The position numbers and the translations under genes are program-made. A model generated the notes under the pieces. That model was not told the DNA's origin and did not search any database. It saw nothing but the letters and a program-made list of their open reading frames with translations. A stretch of 64,000 nt of DNA, from the NCBI GenBank assembly GCA_019310785.1, contig JAFDDR010000001.1:19988-83987 (forward strand), in the 5' to 3' direction. Below, piece after piece: positions 17,817-28,197 of the stretch. The first letter of the stretch is position 1; each line of letters opens with the position of its first letter. The stretch is from Deltaproteobacteria bacterium (GTDB lineage: Bacteria > Desulfobacterota > DSM-4660 > Desulfatiglandales > Desulfatiglandaceae).

Positions 17817-18749
17817 TCAAGGTTTACCGTGCGATTTAAAGAGCTGTTTCAGGGTAAACCACTTCCTGGTGATGGGAATGGCATTTCGAATAAGAGGCAA
17901 TTTCTCCATGGCAGCCCTTTCACCTTCTTGAATCAGGTGTGTGGCCTGGGAAAAGCTTGACCAGTGAAGATCTCCCACCTCCGGCTGGATCAGGACATCC
18001 GCATCCATGAGTTCGTAGTCCTCCAGCTCATGAGACATGATCTCACTCGCCCTGTAATATATATCGATCACATTGTTGAGAGCCTCCGCGGAGCAGATAT
18101 CCCGGTCCACGACCACGGCCACTACTATATCGGCCCCTTCCTTCCTGGCAACAGAGATAGGGACGAGGCAGATGATGCCCCCGTCCGAAAGCAGCATGTC
18201 TCCCTCCTTGAAGGGCTCCACAACCCCCGGCACGGCGCAACTCGCCACAACGGCCTGACGCAGGGACCCGTTTGAGAAGACGATCTGTTCCCCGCTCACA
18301 AGATCAGTTGCAACGGCTCTAAATGGTATTTGGGTATCCTCGATTTGAATATCGGGAATGAAATAGTCAATAGTATCCTTGAAATCCTCGTTTGAAAGGA
18401 TCCCCGGTTTCAGAAGGGCCTGGACCATGTAGAAACGGTTTCTGAAATAATTCTGAATCTTCTGGGCCAGCCCCTCTTCCCCTTCCCGCTCATGGGCTTC
18501 TTCAAATGCCTTTATTGCCGAAGACTGAAACTCAGGGGATTCCAGGTATTCCTCCAGCCGCTTTTCTATGGCGTCGGGGCTCATGCCGGCTGCATAGGCA
18601 CCGCCAACGAGGGCGCCTATACTGGTACCTACAAGGATGTCAACGGGAATATGTTCCTTCTCGAATACCTTTAGGACACCTATATGTGCCAGACCCCTGG
18701 CCCCGCCGCCACCAAGGGCCAGGCCAATGCGCCTGCCCCGCCATTTCAT
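17817..18749 (-). CDS. patatin-like phospholipase (RssA-like)
   Basis: GGGGARG oxyanion motif, GTSIGA nucleophile elbow and a downstream SDGG-type catalytic Asp motif. Confidence 0.85.
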   Translation of the reverse strand: MKWRGRRIGLALGGGGARGLAHIGVLKVFEKEHIPVDILVGTSIGALVGGAYAAGMSPDAIEKRLEEYLESPEFQSSAIKAFEEAHEREGEEGLAQKIQNYFRNRFYMVQALLKPGILSNEDFKDTIDYFIPDIQIEDTQIPFRAVATDLVSGEQIVFSNGSLRQAVVASCAVPGVVEPFKEGDMLLSDGGIICLVPISVARKEGADIVVAVVVDRDICSAEALNNVIDIYYRASEIMSHELEDYELMDADVLIQPEVGDLHWSSFSQATHLIQEGERAAMEKLPLIRNAIPITRKWFTLKQLFKSHGKP

Positions 18750-18800
18750 ACCTTAATATGCCTCCTGAATTGAGACTATAGCCGCTCCGAAAAGGATAAA

Positions 18801-18920
18801 TTTGGATTCGCGCTATCAGCCATCAGCTTTCGGCTTTCAGCAAAGAACATTAAAAACAAAGAGTCGGCTGAAAGCTGACCGCTGAAAGCTCCATCCAGAA
18901 ATTGGTTACTTCTGGATGGA
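18801..18920 (-). repeat. 120-bp intergenic repeat, copy B (family 1)
   Basis: Reverse-complement copy of 1971-2090. It is flanked by ACTATAG at 18775-18781 and 18922-18928. Confidence 0.85.
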
Positions 18921-19199
18921 CACTATAGAATTTTTAGGTAATTCTGTCACTACAAAACGAATCGGAGCGATCAAATCACAAATCATTTTTACTTTAGAAA
19001 GCCAACTCATCCAAAACCTCGGGTCTTCTTCAAGCCTCAGGGGATATTCTTGCAAATGAAATCGAAAATGATATTATGAATACGAACATGAACAGAAGGC
19101 TTGTTTTGGTACGGGCATTTTCATCTCCCAATTGCCCAATGTTGATACCTGATCATAATCGGGTTTACTGCGTCTATTTTTTTTCAAAGGAGTAAAGCA

Positions 19200-20654
19200 A
19201 TGGGGATCGATACCGACATAAAACTGCTCATTTACCGTAGAACCAAAATTGTAGCAACCGTTGGTCCGAGCTCAAGCGATAACAGCACCCTCGAGCGCCT
19301 CATCACAGCCGGTGTCAACGTTTTCAGGCTCAACATGTCACATGGCACCCATGACGATCATGCCGAAACCTATAAGCGTATTAGTAAAACTGCTGAAAGA
19401 CTCGAAAGACCCATTGCGGTGCTGGCAGATTTATGCGGCCCGAAAATCCGCGTCGGGGCCTTTCAACATGGCCGGATCGAGCTGGCAATAAGTGATTCCG
19501 TCACTGTGACCAGCCGGGACGTCATTGGCAGCACGGGGATCATCCCTTCGCAGTATAGAGCTCTGGCAGATGATGTTGAGGTCGGGAATCGCATACTCCT
19601 GGATGACGGCAATATCGAACTGCTCGTCAAATCAGTTGATGGAACCGAAATCACATGTCAAGTAGTAAGCGGCGGTATGCTCAGCGACCACAAGGGAATG
19701 AACCTGCCTGGCGTCAATATCTCGTCTCCGTCACTAACGGAGAAGGATCGCATTGATGCTCATTTTGCATTGCAATTGGGGGTTGATTTTCTTGCGCTTT
19801 CGTTTGTTCGTCAAGGCTCGGATGTAGAGGACCTTCGTGCCCTTATACCGGAAACCAACTCCCACGTTGCCATTGTTGCGAAAATTGAAAAGCCGGAAGC
19901 GCTCGACAATATCAATGAAATTCTGGATGCCGCAGATGCAATCATGGTGGCACGCGGCGATTTGGGAGTAGAGTTACCGCCCCAGGCCGTACCCAATGCC
20001 CAGGATCAGCTCATCGACCTGGCTCGATTACACAGAAAACCTGTAATTGTGGCAACCCAAATGCTCGAATCCATGATTGATCATCCACGACCCACGAGGG
20101 CTGAGGTTTCTGACGTTGCGAATGCGGTCCGCGGTGGCGCAGACGCGGTAATGCTTTCTGCAGAAACAGCAGCAGGAAAGTATCCGGTTGAAGCGGTCAA
20201 AATGATGGATGATATCGCCCGGCAGACCGAAGCATACCTTTGGCGCCAGGGTGCATTCGGGTCCTTGACCCGGCATTATGAAATCGCAATGCCATTTCAG
20301 GTTGAAGATGCCCTCTCAAAATCAATGGCGCAATTGTCGCGCGACCTTCTCGTTCGAGCCATTATTGTAATATCCCTGCAAGGCCATTCCCTCGCTGTTA
20401 TGAGCTCTTCAAGACCTGCCGCACCCATGATCGGCATCTGTCTCGATCTTAGATCGAGCCGCATTGCAAGCCTCCTATGGGGCGTAATTCCGGTAACCGT
20501 CGATCCGGTCGAGATTGACAATCCCAATTTACTCGCAAGACGCATTATTTTAGAACTCGGCCTCGCAATAGAAGGTCAAACCGTTCTCGTTGTGCGGGGA
20601 TTCAGCAGTAACCCGAAACAAAACACACCCAGTGTAACCGTTGTTACGGTTTGA
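19200..20654 (+). CDS. pyk: pyruvate kinase
   Basis: 484 aa with RTKIVATVGP, MVARGDLGVE and VATQMLESM motifs. Confidence 0.92.
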   Translation: MGIDTDIKLLIYRRTKIVATVGPSSSDNSTLERLITAGVNVFRLNMSHGTHDDHAETYKRISKTAERLERPIAVLADLCGPKIRVGAFQHGRIELAISDSVTVTSRDVIGSTGIIPSQYRALADDVEVGNRILLDDGNIELLVKSVDGTEITCQVVSGGMLSDHKGMNLPGVNISSPSLTEKDRIDAHFALQLGVDFLALSFVRQGSDVEDLRALIPETNSHVAIVAKIEKPEALDNINEILDAADAIMVARGDLGVELPPQAVPNAQDQLIDLARLHRKPVIVATQMLESMIDHPRPTRAEVSDVANAVRGGADAVMLSAETAAGKYPVEAVKMMDDIARQTEAYLWRQGAFGSLTRHYEIAMPFQVEDALSKSMAQLSRDLLVRAIIVISLQGHSLAVMSSSRPAAPMIGICLDLRSSRIASLLWGVIPVTVDPVEIDNPNLLARRIILELGLAIEGQTVLVVRGFSSNPKQNTPSVTVVTV

Positions 20655-20779
20655 GAAGGCTGCGGAAGAACAAAATACATAAAAAGTAAGTTTACATTAA
20701 GCAATATCAATTGGTAGAGTAACAGACGCATAGGGTATTTATTTTTATTGGGATATTTACAGTTGTATGGAGGGTCCGC

Positions 20780-23700
20780 GTGCTGAAAGAATACCTTAAG
20801 AACATCTCTAAGATTGTTAGACAGGGAGATGCCAGAGAAGAGAGTTACTACTCGATTCTTGCTGGACTCCTCAGTCAATATGCAGAATCTGCAGGCAAGA
20901 AAAAGGTCCACATCACCACGCTCCCCAAAAAGGTCGAGGCCGGAAACCCCGATTTCCGGGTCTGGGACGGGAAGCAACATATTGTCGGTTACATCGAGGC
21001 CAAGGCCCCAACAATCGAAAATCTGGACCATATAGAACATTCCGAACAGCTAAAACGATACAGACATACCTTCCCGAACCTGATCCTGACCAACTTCTTT
21101 GAATTCCGGCTTTACCGGGATGGCGTCCTGATTGACAAGGTCTTGATTGCCAGGCCCTTTATTGCCCACCAGCTAAAAACAGTCCCGCCTGTTGAAAAGG
21201 AACCCGAATTCTTCAAACTCCTTGAAAAATTCTTCTCGTTTTCCCTGCCCAAGGTTCACAATGCCAGGTCTTTAGCCGTTGAACTTGCCAAGCGAACCCG
21301 GTTCTTGAGGGACGAAGTCGTTGCTCTGGAGTTAGAGGAAGCAGAGAAACATGGGAAAGGATTTATCTTAGGCTTCTACGAGGCATTCAGAAAATATCTC
21401 ATAAGCGGGCTTTCAAAAGAAGAATTTGCAGACCTATATTCACAGACCATCACCTACGGACTTTTTGCAGCCCGGACCCGTTCCGCTGACGGATTCAATA
21501 GAAAATTGGCCTATGACCACATCCCACGCACTATAGGGATACTAAGAGACGTTTTCAACTTCATTTCTCTTGGAGACCTGCCCCAACAAATGGAATGGGT
21601 TGTGGATGACATTTCCGAGGTCCTGGCAGTCACTGATGTGAAGAAAATACTTCACACATACTTCCATGAAGGCAGGGGAAAAGATCCAATAGTCCATTTC
21701 TATGAGACCTTCTTAGCCGAATACGACCCCAAAACCAGGGAAAAAAGGGGCGTGTATTATACGCCTGAACCGGTTGTCTCCTATATTGTGCGTTCGCTCC
21801 ATCATATTTTGAAAGAGCAGTTTAACCGTTCCGATGGGTTTGCCAGTCAATCGGTCACCGTCCTGGATCCTGCTGCCGGTACCCTCACTTTCCTGGCCGA
21901 GGCCACAAAACTGGCAGTGCAAGAATTCGTGGCTAATTATGGAGAAGGCGGAAAAGAGAATTTCATCAAGGAGTATACGCTTGAAAATTTTTATGCCTTT
22001 GAATTGATGATGTCTCCATATGCGGTGGGACACCTGAAAATGTCCTTTCTCTTGGAAGAATTGGGCTATTCACTGCAAAAAGACGACAGGTTCAAACTTT
22101 ACCTCACAAATACCCTGGAAATGGAGGACCTTGAACAGACCGAACTTCCCGGCATGGCCTCGCTTTCCGAAGAATCTCATCTCGCCGGCAAAGTGAAGAA
22201 AGAACAGCCTATCCTGGTAATATTAGGCAATCCCCCGTATTCCGGGATGTCTGCAAACAGAAGCGAGAAAGAGGTGACATTCAAAAAGGGAGACAACTAC
22301 ACGTCCCATTATGGAATCAAAAGGGTAAACAATCGTTTCGATCTCATCCCTGAAACAAAAAAGGCGACAAAAGAAATAACCAGGAAGCAAAAAACCTGGA
22401 TCGGGGCCTTAATAGAATATTACAAGATCATAGATGGAAAATGGCTCAAGGAAAAGAATCCTAAATGGCTGCAGGATGATTATGTAAAGTTCATCCGCTT
22501 TGCCCAGTGGAAAATCGACCAGGCAGGAGAAGGCGTTTTGGGATTTATCACCAATCACAGTTATTTGGATAATCCTACGTTCAGGGGTATGCGCCAGTCG
22601 CTGATGAAGAGCTTTAACGAGATATATATCCTTGATCTCCACGGCAACAGCCTCAAGAAAGAAAAATGCCCGGACGGTTCCAAAGATGAAAACGTCTTTG
22701 ACATCCGGCAGGGAGTCGCCATCGCCCTGTTTGTAAAAAAGCAAAGAAAGAAAGGGTGCAAGGTATATCATTCGGAAAGATGGGGGCTTCGAGATAAAAA
22801 ATATGAATGGCTTAATAAAAATGACGTTAAGAAGACCAAATGGAAAAGGCTGTACCCTAAATCTGAGTCCTATTTTTTCATTCCAAGAGACGAAAGGCTT
22901 CTGCAAGCTTATGAACGGTTTCCGAAGATAACAGAGATTTTTCCGGTAAACAGCGTTGGGATAGTCACTTCAAGGGACAATTTCGCAATCGATTCTGATA
23001 AGGATGTCCTTAAACGACGCATTAAGATGTTTTGCAATGAAAAAATGCCGGACGATATCATCAGTCAAACATTTAAAATGAAGGATAAATCGAATTGGAA
23101 ATTGAAAAATGCAAGAGAAAATATAAGGAACGACAAAAAATGGGAAGATTCAATAACGAAACTTCTGTATCGACCATTTGATATAAAATGGGTTTGCTAT
23201 CATGATGCTGTAATTGAACGTTCACGCAAAGAAGTCATGCGTCATATGATGCCGGAGAATCTTTCATTATGTGTTGGAAGGGCCGGGCAGGTCGTTGGCA
23301 TAGATAAACCCTGGAATATTGTCTTTTGTTCGGACTGCATGGAGGATTTTAATTTGTTCTATCGTGGCGGCAATGTAAACTTCCCGCTCTATCTTTATCC
23401 CAAAAAAGCCAACCCTCAAAAACGGTCATCTGTCAGCACCCTGCTGCTCTTTGAACCGCCGGCAGAATATGTTTCAAAGACTCCGAACCTGTCTCCTGAT
23501 ATAGTGGAACATTTAAAAATGAGTTTTGGAAAAACACCAACACCTGAAGAAATCTTCTTTTACGTTTATGCTATCCTGTATGCAAACATCTACCGCACAA
23601 AATATTCCGGGTTCCTCAGGTCGGACTTCCCAAGGGTTCCATTCACGAAAAGGCCTGAACTATTTTCCAATATGGCCACCCATGGGAAAAAACTCGCTCA

Positions 23701-24046
23701 ATTGCACCTGCTTCAATCATCAGACCTTAATCCGCCCATCGCGAAATTCCGGGGAAAAGGTGAAGGGATTGTTGAAAAGCTGAGATATGACAGTAGTGAA
23801 AAACGTATCTATTTCAACCAGGGGCAGTATTTTGAAGGAATATCAAAGGAAGTGTGGGAGTATCAAATTGGCGGATATCAGGTTTGTCATAAATGGCTCA
23901 AGGACCGAAAAGGAAGAACCTTATCAACGGACGATATCAAGCACTATTGCAGGATTGCCACAGCCATCCAAAAAACCATCAAAATTCAAAAAGAGATTGA
24001 CGGTATTTACCCTCAAATCGAGATTGATACGATAGAGTTTCATTAA
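20780..24046 (+). CDS. single-polypeptide type IIG-like restriction-modification enzyme (PD-ExK nuclease + gamma-class N6-adenine methyltransferase + C-terminal specificity region)
   Basis: The N-terminus carries NPDF...GYIEAK (PD-(D/E)xK). Methyltransferase motif I is LDPAAGTLTF and motif IV is GNPPYSG. The C-terminus has WEYQIGGYQVCHKWLKDRKGRTLS, as seen in MmeI and type ISP C-terminal regions. GTG start with a GGAGGG SD. Confidence 0.75.
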   Translation: MLKEYLKNISKIVRQGDAREESYYSILAGLLSQYAESAGKKKVHITTLPKKVEAGNPDFRVWDGKQHIVGYIEAKAPTIENLDHIEHSEQLKRYRHTFPNLILTNFFEFRLYRDGVLIDKVLIARPFIAHQLKTVPPVEKEPEFFKLLEKFFSFSLPKVHNARSLAVELAKRTRFLRDEVVALELEEAEKHGKGFILGFYEAFRKYLISGLSKEEFADLYSQTITYGLFAARTRSADGFNRKLAYDHIPRTIGILRDVFNFISLGDLPQQMEWVVDDISEVLAVTDVKKILHTYFHEGRGKDPIVHFYETFLAEYDPKTREKRGVYYTPEPVVSYIVRSLHHILKEQFNRSDGFASQSVTVLDPAAGTLTFLAEATKLAVQEFVANYGEGGKENFIKEYTLENFYAFELMMSPYAVGHLKMSFLLEELGYSLQKDDRFKLYLTNTLEMEDLEQTELPGMASLSEESHLAGKVKKEQPILVILGNPPYSGMSANRSEKEVTFKKGDNYTSHYGIKRVNNRFDLIPETKKATKEITRKQKTWIGALIEYYKIIDGKWLKEKNPKWLQDDYVKFIRFAQWKIDQAGEGVLGFITNHSYLDNPTFRGMRQSLMKSFNEIYILDLHGNSLKKEKCPDGSKDENVFDIRQGVAIALFVKKQRKKGCKVYHSERWGLRDKKYEWLNKNDVKKTKWKRLYPKSESYFFIPRDERLLQAYERFPKITEIFPVNSVGIVTSRDNFAIDSDKDVLKRRIKMFCNEKMPDDIISQTFKMKDKSNWKLKNARENIRNDKKWEDSITKLLYRPFDIKWVCYHDAVIERSRKEVMRHMMPENLSLCVGRAGQVVGIDKPWNIVFCSDCMEDFNLFYRGGNVNFPLYLYPKKANPQKRSSVSTLLLFEPPAEYVSKTPNLSPDIVEHLKMSFGKTPTPEEIFFYVYAILYANIYRTKYSGFLRSDFPRVPFTKRPELFSNMATHGKKLAQLHLLQSSDLNPPIAKFRGKGEGIVEKLRYDSSEKRIYFNQGQYFEGISKEVWEYQIGGYQVCHKWLKDRKGRTLSTDDIKHYCRIATAIQKTIKIQKEIDGIYPQIEIDTIEFH

Positions 24047-24641
24047 CAGGCAGGGAAGAGCCTTTAATAGGGAATAGCATTCTTTCAGAGATCAAAACAA
24101 GCAAGAAAAAGAAGATACGGCACAAGCATAGACGTTTTGAAATAGGGTGCAGTATAGCAGGCGTGGCTGGGCGACCAAGCCGAGTATATCAAATTGATAA
24201 AAACGTATCGTTTGCTCTTATTCTGCCTAATACTTTTTTTACAACTGTATCGTGTATTTGAATATTAGTAATGCCCGGGTATTCTGAAAACGTGCGACGC
24301 CTGCGGGAAGCAACTTGTCACCACATATGGCCGGAAAATCTATTCTGTCCGGCAAAACGCTCTTTAGAAAACTGTTCGGGTTCTTTGAAATGGTCTTTAA
24401 TACATCGATAATATTATGAATTTTGAGATTCGTAACGTCGGCAACATATAATTTTGGCGCGCTCCCAAGTGGCCTCTCGGTGCTTAAGGGCTAATGAATG
24501 GTTGGAAAGCTTTATAATACTTAAAATCTCACTACATATGCTTTTTAAAGCGTTTATCTGAAATTATTGTTGACTTTTATTAAAATTGTATGTATTTTAA
24601 TTCTTAAATTAATAAAAAATACGCTTTATAAGGCATTACGT

Positions 24642-24995
24642 ATGGCAAGAAAAGCCCGATCATGGACCCACAGAACTTTTTCCCTGAATGCAGAAGAAGA
24701 ACTCAAAGCCCTGGGCCGCAACATTCAAATCGCTCGAAAACGACGCCGGATCGGGGTTTATGAACTGGCCGGTCGAATCGGGGTAACTCCGCGGATTATA
24801 TCAAAAATTGAAAAAGGGGATCCTACCGTCACCTTAGGTGCCCTGGTTCAGGTGTTGGACCTGATGGGCATGTTAGAAGGATTGAATGCTTTTTTGACAC
24901 CGGAACACGATCACCAGGCCGCCCGGTTGGAGGCCCGTAAAGCACTCGGGAAACCATCACAGCGGGTGTTTTCAGATAGCGAATTGGATTTCTAA
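24642..24995 (+). CDS. hipB: XRE-family helix-turn-helix antitoxin (HipB-like)
   Basis: HTH segment IGVYELAGRIGVTPRIISKIEKG. The stop overlaps the hipA start (TAATG). The ATG at 24642 is preferred over the track start at 24567. Confidence 0.75.
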   Translation: MARKARSWTHRTFSLNAEEELKALGRNIQIARKRRRIGVYELAGRIGVTPRIISKIEKGDPTVTLGALVQVLDLMGMLEGLNAFLTPEHDHQAARLEARKALGKPSQRVFSDSELDF

Positions 24996-26257
24996 TGGAA
25001 GCACAGGTAACAGTTTTTGTTTTCCTCAATGGCGGGTGGGTACCGGCAGGCCGTTTAAAGTACTTTTCCCGGGGCCGCCAGTCTTACAGTGTGTTTGCTT
25101 ACGGGAAAAAGTATCTCGAAGACCCCGAGGCCGTAAGCCTCGACCCTGTTCAACTTCCCCTCGGTTCAGGTGAATTCCATACGCCGGATGGCTTTGAGAT
25201 ATTTAATGGAATACGGGATGCCGGAGCGGATCAATGGGGCCGTTATCTGATAGACAAACGGTTTTCCAGCACGGATGAACTTGATTATATCCTCGCCACC
25301 AGTTGCGACCGTGTGGGGGCCCTGGCCTTCGGAGATGATCCAGCACAGGGTCCGAAAATCTTTTCCCCTCAAGGCTTTGAACCATTAAGCCATAGACGGT
25401 TTGACCTGGGAAAAGCCGCCGGCGCCATTCACGGGGTAATCGAAGATGAAGACACCGAAGAACTCAAGGATTTCCTCCAATATGGCCCATCGTTAGGCGG
25501 AACAAGGCCCAAAACAACCGTTAACTGGCAGGGCAAACCCTACATCGCTAAATTTTCCGTGTCCCATGACCGGCGCAATGAACCACTGATTGAGTACGCG
25601 ACCATGACGTTGACCAAAAAGTGTGGGATCAACGTCCCGGCCCTCGATAAAGCCCGTGTACTGGACCGGGATGTTTTTCTGATTCAGAGATTTGATCGCC
25701 GTTACAACAGCAAAACCCAAACAGAAGAGCCGGTCCCATTCATTTCAGCTCTCACCGCCACCGGAGTCCATGAATCCGATTTAAAAAGTTTCAGTTACCG
25801 CCGGTTGTGTGACGCCATTACCAAGCTGTGCAAAGAGCCTGATAAGGATAAAGAAGAACTCTACAGACGCATGGTGTTTAATATACTTGTATACAACAAT
25901 GACGACCACTACCGAAACCACGGCCTACTGTACGCGGGAAAACAGAAATGGGAACTGTCGCCCCTGTATGACGTCGTACCCGCTGCAGTGGTAGGGGAAA
26001 GCCGTCACTTAGGTTGCGCCATAGGGCCAGGCGGGAATAAAGAAGCAACCCTTGAAAACGCCATGACCTCCTGTTCCTACTTTGGCTTAGAGCAGGTTCA
26101 GGCACGGCAAATCATCACGTCACTGAAAAGTATAGTAGGGAAGTGGCAAACCCATTTTAACAAATGCGGCGTTCCCGAAACCGACATTGAAAAACTTAAA
26201 AACAGCTTAGGTCTTATGATTTTGCCTGATGTGGGTATAAACCGGCGGGGTCAATAA
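24995..26257 (+). CDS. hipA: HipA-family serine/threonine kinase toxin
   Basis: 420 aa with a HipA N-terminal coupling region and catalytic NNDDHYRNHG. Confidence 0.85.
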   Translation: MEAQVTVFVFLNGGWVPAGRLKYFSRGRQSYSVFAYGKKYLEDPEAVSLDPVQLPLGSGEFHTPDGFEIFNGIRDAGADQWGRYLIDKRFSSTDELDYILATSCDRVGALAFGDDPAQGPKIFSPQGFEPLSHRRFDLGKAAGAIHGVIEDEDTEELKDFLQYGPSLGGTRPKTTVNWQGKPYIAKFSVSHDRRNEPLIEYATMTLTKKCGINVPALDKARVLDRDVFLIQRFDRRYNSKTQTEEPVPFISALTATGVHESDLKSFSYRRLCDAITKLCKEPDKDKEELYRRMVFNILVYNNDDHYRNHGLLYAGKQKWELSPLYDVVPAAVVGESRHLGCAIGPGGNKEATLENAMTSCSYFGLEQVQARQIITSLKSIVGKWQTHFNKCGVPETDIEKLKNSLGLMILPDVGINRRGQ

Positions 26258-26682
26258 AGCAGACTCTTGTCAAATTTTACCTTCATTGCACGGGCCAGGC
26301 AGGCCGATACGCACAGTTCACATCCACTGCACTTGTTTGTATCAAAAATGACCTCCATCTCCGGCCTCTTGATGTAAAGGGCACCGGTCGGGCAAACGGC
26401 AGTGCAGGCCCCGCACTGGAAGCATAGCTCTTCATCCCGCTTAATATCCTGCCCAATGCTCTCCACCTTGATCCCGAGGCCCTTCAGGTAACGGACGCCC
26501 CTTTGAAAATTTTTCTTGTGTCCGCTGAGTTGGAGCACCATAAAACCTTCCTTTCTCGGGTAAATGGTCGCCTTGAGAATATTGAAGGAGAGATCAAATT
26601 TTTTGACGAGATCGACGGTAACGGGATCGTTAACGACCGTTTTTGGGAACCTTAATGAAAGCATTTTGGAGTACATGGTCAA
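26251..26682 (-). CDS. NIL domain + 2x[4Fe-4S] ferredoxin-domain protein
   Basis: The N-terminal NIL-like half is followed by CFQCGACTAVCP and CSGCELCVSAC cluster motifs. The 3' end overlaps the hipA 3' end by 7 nt (convergent). Confidence 0.7.
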   Translation of the reverse strand: MTMYSKMLSLRFPKTVVNDPVTVDLVKKFDLSFNILKATIYPRKEGFMVLQLSGHKKNFQRGVRYLKGLGIKVESIGQDIKRDEELCFQCGACTAVCPTGALYIKRPEMEVIFDTNKCSGCELCVSACLARAMKVKFDKSLLY

Positions 26683-26836
26683 TATCTCCGTATACGTTTG
26701 AAAAACTCTAAAAAATTATATGAGGTTTCATCTTACAATAGCTTTTGTCCCCAAATTGATGATTTTCGATTGAGGATTGACGATTTTAGGAAGATGCCCT
26801 TGATCTTAAAAATATTCAATATTCAATCGTCAATAT

Positions 26837-28015
26837 TCAATATTTCTTCATGACCCTTTCAAATCCGGGCAATGCCTTTTCAATGGTCTCATCCGAGACG
26901 CAGTAGGCTATCCTGAAATGGCCCGGGCCACCAAAACCGGTTCCCGGAACTGTCAGGATGTTTTCTTCCTGAAGCGCTCCTACAAAGGCCACATCGTCCT
27001 CGACAGGTGTTTTAGGGAAAAGATAGAAAGCACCTTGCGGTTTCACAAAATCATAACCAAAAGAGGCAAGGCCGTCACATAACATATCCCTTCTTTTCTG
27101 ATATATGGAAATATCAACGCTTTCTTCCAAAAGATGAGACACGGCCCTCTGCATCAATGCCGGGGCATTAACATATCCTAACACCCTGTTGCACAGGACC
27201 ATGCCCGCCGATATCATGCCTTTGTCCGAAATATCGGGATGAGCGGCAGCATAGCCGATCCTTTCGCCCGGCAGCGAGAGGTCCTTTGAAAAAGACGTCA
27301 CCACAAAGCTCTCATTATACACATTGAAGATACTGGGCACCGTAACACCGTCATAGGTTATTCTGCGGTAGGGCTCATCCGAGATCAGATATATGGGCTG
27401 TCCGAATTTTTCACTGAAATGTGAGAGGACCCCGGCCAATTCCTTCAGCTCCTCTTCCCCGTAAACATTGCCTGTGGGATTGTTGGGAGAATCAATCAGA
27501 ATAGCCCTGGTCTTTTCTGTCATCGCTTCGGAAATGGCATCACAATCCAGAGAAAAATCCGGCTTTGTAGACACCAGCTTGGGTACAGCCTGGTGATTAT
27601 CCAGGTAGAAGTTGTATTCCACAAAATATGGCTTGGGAATAATGACCTCTTCCCCCGGATTGAGAACGGTCTTGAGCACCACATTCAGGGCGCCCCCTGC
27701 CCCCACGGTCATCACGATCTCATCCGGTTTAAATTCAGGCATGTTAAACTTATTTAGATAATCCGCAACAGCCTGCCTGGTTTCCACAAAACCGGCATTG
27801 GGCATATAAGCATGCTGACCGGATGCCGGATCAGAAATGAGCTCCTGAAGGATTTGATTGAACCTGGGAGGCGGTTCCAGGTTGGGGTTTCCCAGGCTGA
27901 AGTCAAAGACATTTTCCGCCCCGTATTTCGCTTTTCTCTTACCCCCCTCTTCAAACATCTTCCTGATCCATGATGATTTTTCAATGGACGCCCGAATTTT
28001 CTCGGAAACAGACAT
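26837..28015 (-). CDS. pyridoxal-phosphate-dependent aminotransferase (class I/II, AspC-like)
   Basis: 392 aa with class-I aminotransferase sequence, including a SFSKD PLP-lysine motif. Confidence 0.82.
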   Translation of the reverse strand: MSVSEKIRASIEKSSWIRKMFEEGGKRKAKYGAENVFDFSLGNPNLEPPPRFNQILQELISDPASGQHAYMPNAGFVETRQAVADYLNKFNMPEFKPDEIVMTVGAGGALNVVLKTVLNPGEEVIIPKPYFVEYNFYLDNHQAVPKLVSTKPDFSLDCDAISEAMTEKTRAILIDSPNNPTGNVYGEEELKELAGVLSHFSEKFGQPIYLISDEPYRRITYDGVTVPSIFNVYNESFVVTSFSKDLSLPGERIGYAAAHPDISDKGMISAGMVLCNRVLGYVNAPALMQRAVSHLLEESVDISIYQKRRDMLCDGLASFGYDFVKPQGAFYLFPKTPVEDDVAFVGALQEENILTVPGTGFGGPGHFRIAYCVSDETIEKALPGFERVMKKY

Positions 28016-28197
28016 AGTTTACCCTCCTTCTATTTCGTGAAGTTATAACCATAGCTTTTTACCCGCTCTTGTCAACAGAAAACCGAAAACCAGAGGTGAT
28101 TGTGGCAGGCTTAATTGGAATCATCTTGACAGGGTCGGCCTGTTTTTCTAATTTAAATAATCGAAAATATAACAGGCTATACCATAAGAGGTTTCCA

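Noticed and set aside
14924-18749. Patatin-like phospholipase next to a cNMP-binding protein as a CBASS-like defence system
   Set aside because: There is no CD-NTase or cyclase gene. The patatin protein looks like the housekeeping RssA type, is convergently transcribed, and the cNMP domain is part of a transporter.
20780-24046. The large methyltransferase as BREX PglX
   Set aside because: No brxA/B/C, pglZ or brxL genes are nearby, and the N-terminal PD-ExK motif fits a self-contained type IIG enzyme better.
24242-24490. 83-codon stop-free stretch on the minus strand in the spacer after the R-M gene (…YVADVTNLKIHNIIDVLKTISKNPNSFLKSVLPDRIDFPAICGDKLLPAGVARFQNTRALLIFKY…)
   Set aside because: It has no ATG/GTG/TTG start near its 5' end and no motif I recognise. 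It may be a gene remnant, but that cannot be supported from sequence alone.
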